Shown here: positions 61,525 through 64,000 of the stretch, in pieces
Layout: every line of letters starts with the position of its first letter
How positions within the stretch are numbered: position 1 is the stretch's first letter
From: a virus
IMG/VR virus record: IMGVR_UViG_3300029915_000005
Length of the DNA: 64,000 nt
Reading direction: 5' to 3' (one strand)
Position numbers and translations under genes: made by a program
Notes under the pieces: model-generated
What the model saw: only the letters and a program-made list of their open reading frames with translations
Database searches by the model: none
What the model was told of the DNA's origin: nothing

Positions 61525-62191
61525 TGAATTTGACAAATCGAAAGGTTTTTCAGCTTATGTAAAAGAAGATGAGACTAAAATTTTAATATTCTTAAATAAG
61601 CATTGCAGTGAAATTATGTCTTTGTATAGAGAATATGGAAAAGTATTGTATCGCGGCATCACACGATATTTTGGCAGTAATATATATAATTTCAAAGATG
61701 GAGATGTATTTTTCGGAAAATCCCCATCTGATAGACACCCAATAGATATACCATCTTCAGTACAGAAGCAAATAGATAGTAAATTACAAAAAAGTGGGTT
61801 TGAAGCATTAAGATCAAACAGCATTTTTTGTTGTTCTTCTAAACTATCAGCGCAAAAATATGGTGACCTACATATTATATTTCCATTGGATGGATTTTCA
61901 TATACATGGTGTAATACTGCTATTGATTTATATGACGAATATGTAAGAGCTTTGACTCCCACTCCTTGGGGTGAGACACCATCACAAGAAGATATTAATA
62001 AAGCAGAAATATTTAAAGAAAATTTATATAAGCTTTCTTCAACTGATTTTATTAGAGATTATGGTTTCAAGAATACAGATTTAACTCATGCAATTATTAG
62101 AAATAATGAAATTTTAATTCATGGTGACTATATCGCAATGAGCGAGAAATTAGGAAATAAAATAATATTTAGTAATAGGAGAAGTATATAA
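61514..62191 (+). CDS. ADP-ribosyltransferase-like paralogue 2
   Basis: MLLNEF; LYRG, RSNSIFC, A..YG, NEILIHG. Confidence 0.5.
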   Translation: MLLNEFDKSKGFSAYVKEDETKILIFLNKHCSEIMSLYREYGKVLYRGITRYFGSNIYNFKDGDVFFGKSPSDRHPIDIPSSVQKQIDSKLQKSGFEALRSNSIFCCSSKLSAQKYGDLHIIFPLDGFSYTWCNTAIDLYDEYVRALTPTPWGETPSQEDINKAEIFKENLYKLSSTDFIRDYGFKNTDLTHAIIRNNEILIHGDYIAMSEKLGNKIIFSNRRSI

Positions 62192-62628
62192 TGAATAACT
62201 TAGAAATGAGTCTGAAAGTGGCGACTGCAACTGTTTTTCATTTAGGAATTAAATTTCATATTGGGCATTTTAATATAACTGGTCCAAGATTTTTCGAGTT
62301 ACATTTATTGCTTGAAAAAATATATCAAAATCTTGAAAGTAATTTTGACAGTATTGGTGAGCAACTTAGAGCATTGGATATATTTGTTCCATCGTCCGTA
62401 AATGAATTACTTAGTTTATCAGTTATAGAAGATTTTCAAGAAGTATTGCCAGCAAATGAAATGATTCATGAATTATTGATTGACAATGATAAATTATTGG
62501 AAATGCTAACTGAAGTTGATAAATTGGCAGTAAATCATATTGGTCTTCAAAATTATATTGAAGGATTAGCAGATCAACAAGAAAAGTTTGGTTGGTTTTT
62601 AAGAGCAACATTACAAGCAGTAAAATAA
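62191..62628 (+). CDS. dps: Dps ferritin-like DNA-protection protein
   Basis: HFNITGP.F.ELH...E.IY, D.IGE..RAL, EK..WFL. Confidence 0.85.
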   Translation: MNNLEMSLKVATATVFHLGIKFHIGHFNITGPRFFELHLLLEKIYQNLESNFDSIGEQLRALDIFVPSSVNELLSLSVIEDFQEVLPANEMIHELLIDNDKLLEMLTEVDKLAVNHIGLQNYIEGLADQQEKFGWFLRATLQAVK

Positions 62629-63228
62629 ATGAAAATATGTGAACTACATATCGATGCTTCTGCTTTTGAACAGCAAGGATTAATTCTTAAAAAAGCTTTG
62701 GAAGAAGTGTCAGTATTATGCTCAGAATTTTTAAAATTTTATGAAGAAGCTGGACCAATGTATCATGGATTTCAATCAGCACCAAGTAATATTTTTGTAG
62801 GGGAACCACATACAGATAGAAAACCATTATCGCTTACTTATAAAGAACAATATGAGATAGATAAAAAATTATCATTGGCAGGATTTCATCAATTGCGTGG
62901 CAATAGTTTGTTCTGTATAGGAAATATTACAACAGCATCTGAGTATGGTGCAGTTTATCAAATTTTTCCAAAGAATGGTTTTAGATATACTTGGAGTGAT
63001 TTTTGCGATTTAGTTACAGATATAAGATATACAGAAATGATGTATGATCTTCATTCTTTAAGTCCCAATGATTTTGCTGATAAGTATGAATTTAGGGAAA
63101 ATATGGGATTATCATTGGCTTTACAACAAGGAAAAGAAATATATCTTGGTGGAGAATTTATTGCAATATCAGAATTAATGGTAACTAGACATTCAAATAC
63201 ATATTTACAGTGGACAAAAACTTTATGA
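62629..63228 (+). CDS. ADP-ribosyltransferase-like paralogue 3
   Basis: MKICEL; MYHG, RGNSLFC, A.EYG.VY.IFP, KEIYL.G. Confidence 0.5.
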   Translation: MKICELHIDASAFEQQGLILKKALEEVSVLCSEFLKFYEEAGPMYHGFQSAPSNIFVGEPHTDRKPLSLTYKEQYEIDKKLSLAGFHQLRGNSLFCIGNITTASEYGAVYQIFPKNGFRYTWSDFCDLVTDIRYTEMMYDLHSLSPNDFADKYEFRENMGLSLALQQGKEIYLGGEFIAISELMVTRHSNTYLQWTKTL

Positions 63229-64000
63229 AAATAAACGAAATCAGTAAAAAAATAAAGATTGGAATGCATCCCTCAAATGAGCCAGAAGATAAAATTGTTC
63301 AGTTCATTAAGAAAAACTGTTCTCAAATTGTAAAAGTTTATGAAAACAGTCATAGTAATTTTTTATTCAGTGGGAAAGAGTCTTATAGTGATGTATTTTT
63401 TGGCAAACCTATTAATAATAGAGCACCACTGGGAACAGACCGCAAGATCAATAATAAATTAAATAGTGTTCTAAGACAAGTTGGATTTAAAGCACGACGA
63501 GATAATAGTATTTTTACTACTTCTATGGAAGTTACAGCGCAGGAATATGGCAAAGTATATATAATTTTTCCATTGAATGGTTTTGACTATTCGTGGTGTG
63601 CTCTTGCTGAAGATTTAACTATGGAGTTTGATATTGGCGAAAAAAAATATAGTGTCTCCAGAGAGAATAATGAATTTTACAATGATTTGATTACATTGCT
63701 GCCACAAGAGTTTGTTCAAAAATATCATTTTAAAAATAATGAAGGATTTGAATATGCATTGACAAATGGATTTGAAATTTTGATACACGGAAGTTATGTT
63801 GCAATTAGCGAAGAATCTTCTTTATTAGAAATAATATTACCATTTTATAGATTTAATGAAGATAACGATTTAGAAGAATCAGCATCGTGCGGATCAACTA
63901 GTTCTGGATCGATTGCAACTGTCAACGGAACAAACACTCCTCCATCTGGGCAATTTTTTGGTGGAGATCCTAATAGTTCAGTATATGGAAAAATTAAGAG
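63225..64000 (+). CDS. ADP-ribosyltransferase-like paralogue 4 with a fused downstream module; 3'-truncated by the window
   Basis: MKINEI; LFSG, RDNSIFTTS, A.EYG.VYIIFP, FEILIHG, then DLEE|SASCGSTSSGSIA; open to window end. Confidence 0.55.
   Translation, partial: MKINEISKKIKIGMHPSNEPEDKIVQFIKKNCSQIVKVYENSHSNFLFSGKESYSDVFFGKPINNRAPLGTDRKINNKLNSVLRQVGFKARRDNSIFTTSMEVTAQEYGKVYIIFPLNGFDYSWCALAEDLTMEFDIGEKKYSVSRENNEFYNDLITLLPQEFVQKYHFKNNEGFEYALTNGFEILIHGSYVAISEESSLLEIILPFYRFNEDNDLEESASCGSTSSGSIATVNGTNTPPSGQFFGGDPNSSVYGKIK

Noticed and set aside
1-64000. Stop-codon reassignment, as seen in some jumbo phages
   Set aside because: Long genes are intact in code 11, and TAG/TGA end genes at sensible places (e.g. 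7444, 25786, 41443, 51714, 49390).

Overview
This is a 64 kb segment of a very AT-rich jumbo myophage with T4-type late transcription: a gp55-like sigma factor and TAAATA late promoters. It carries a baseplate/tail module (gp5-, gp48/54-, gp53-, hub-, gp25-, gp6-like genes, a 4033-aa gp7-like gene and a fibre). It also has gp46/gp47 (gp46 carries a class-3 intein), PhoH, a GH24 lysozyme, DnaJ, a ClpA/B ATPase, Dps, HAD enzymes, a glycosyltransferase and many free-standing endonucleases. An SF2-helicase-like gene sits next to an origin-like non-coding kilobase. Four observations are not explained by the gene list. (1) A covarying structured 5' leader of about 60 nt (P1-CAC-P2-loop-P2'-Y-P1'-UCUAA-SD hairpin-UCAGC-AUG) occurs three times. 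It is fused to two unrelated endonuclease families and bracketed by inverted late-promoter boxes. (2) Eleven unrelated ORFs share an N-terminal M-[KR]-[IL]-x-E-[ILVF] capsid-targeting-like tag. One is a 1005-aa seven-domain polyprotein whose domains are separated by (I/L)-x-E prohead-protease-like sites, and four are ADP-ribosyltransferase-like paralogues, suggesting a virion-delivered enzyme arsenal. (3) Leaderless mRNAs appear to be used systematically. (4) The late sigma factor appears to start at AUC. All functional calls come from motifs read by eye; no searches were run.
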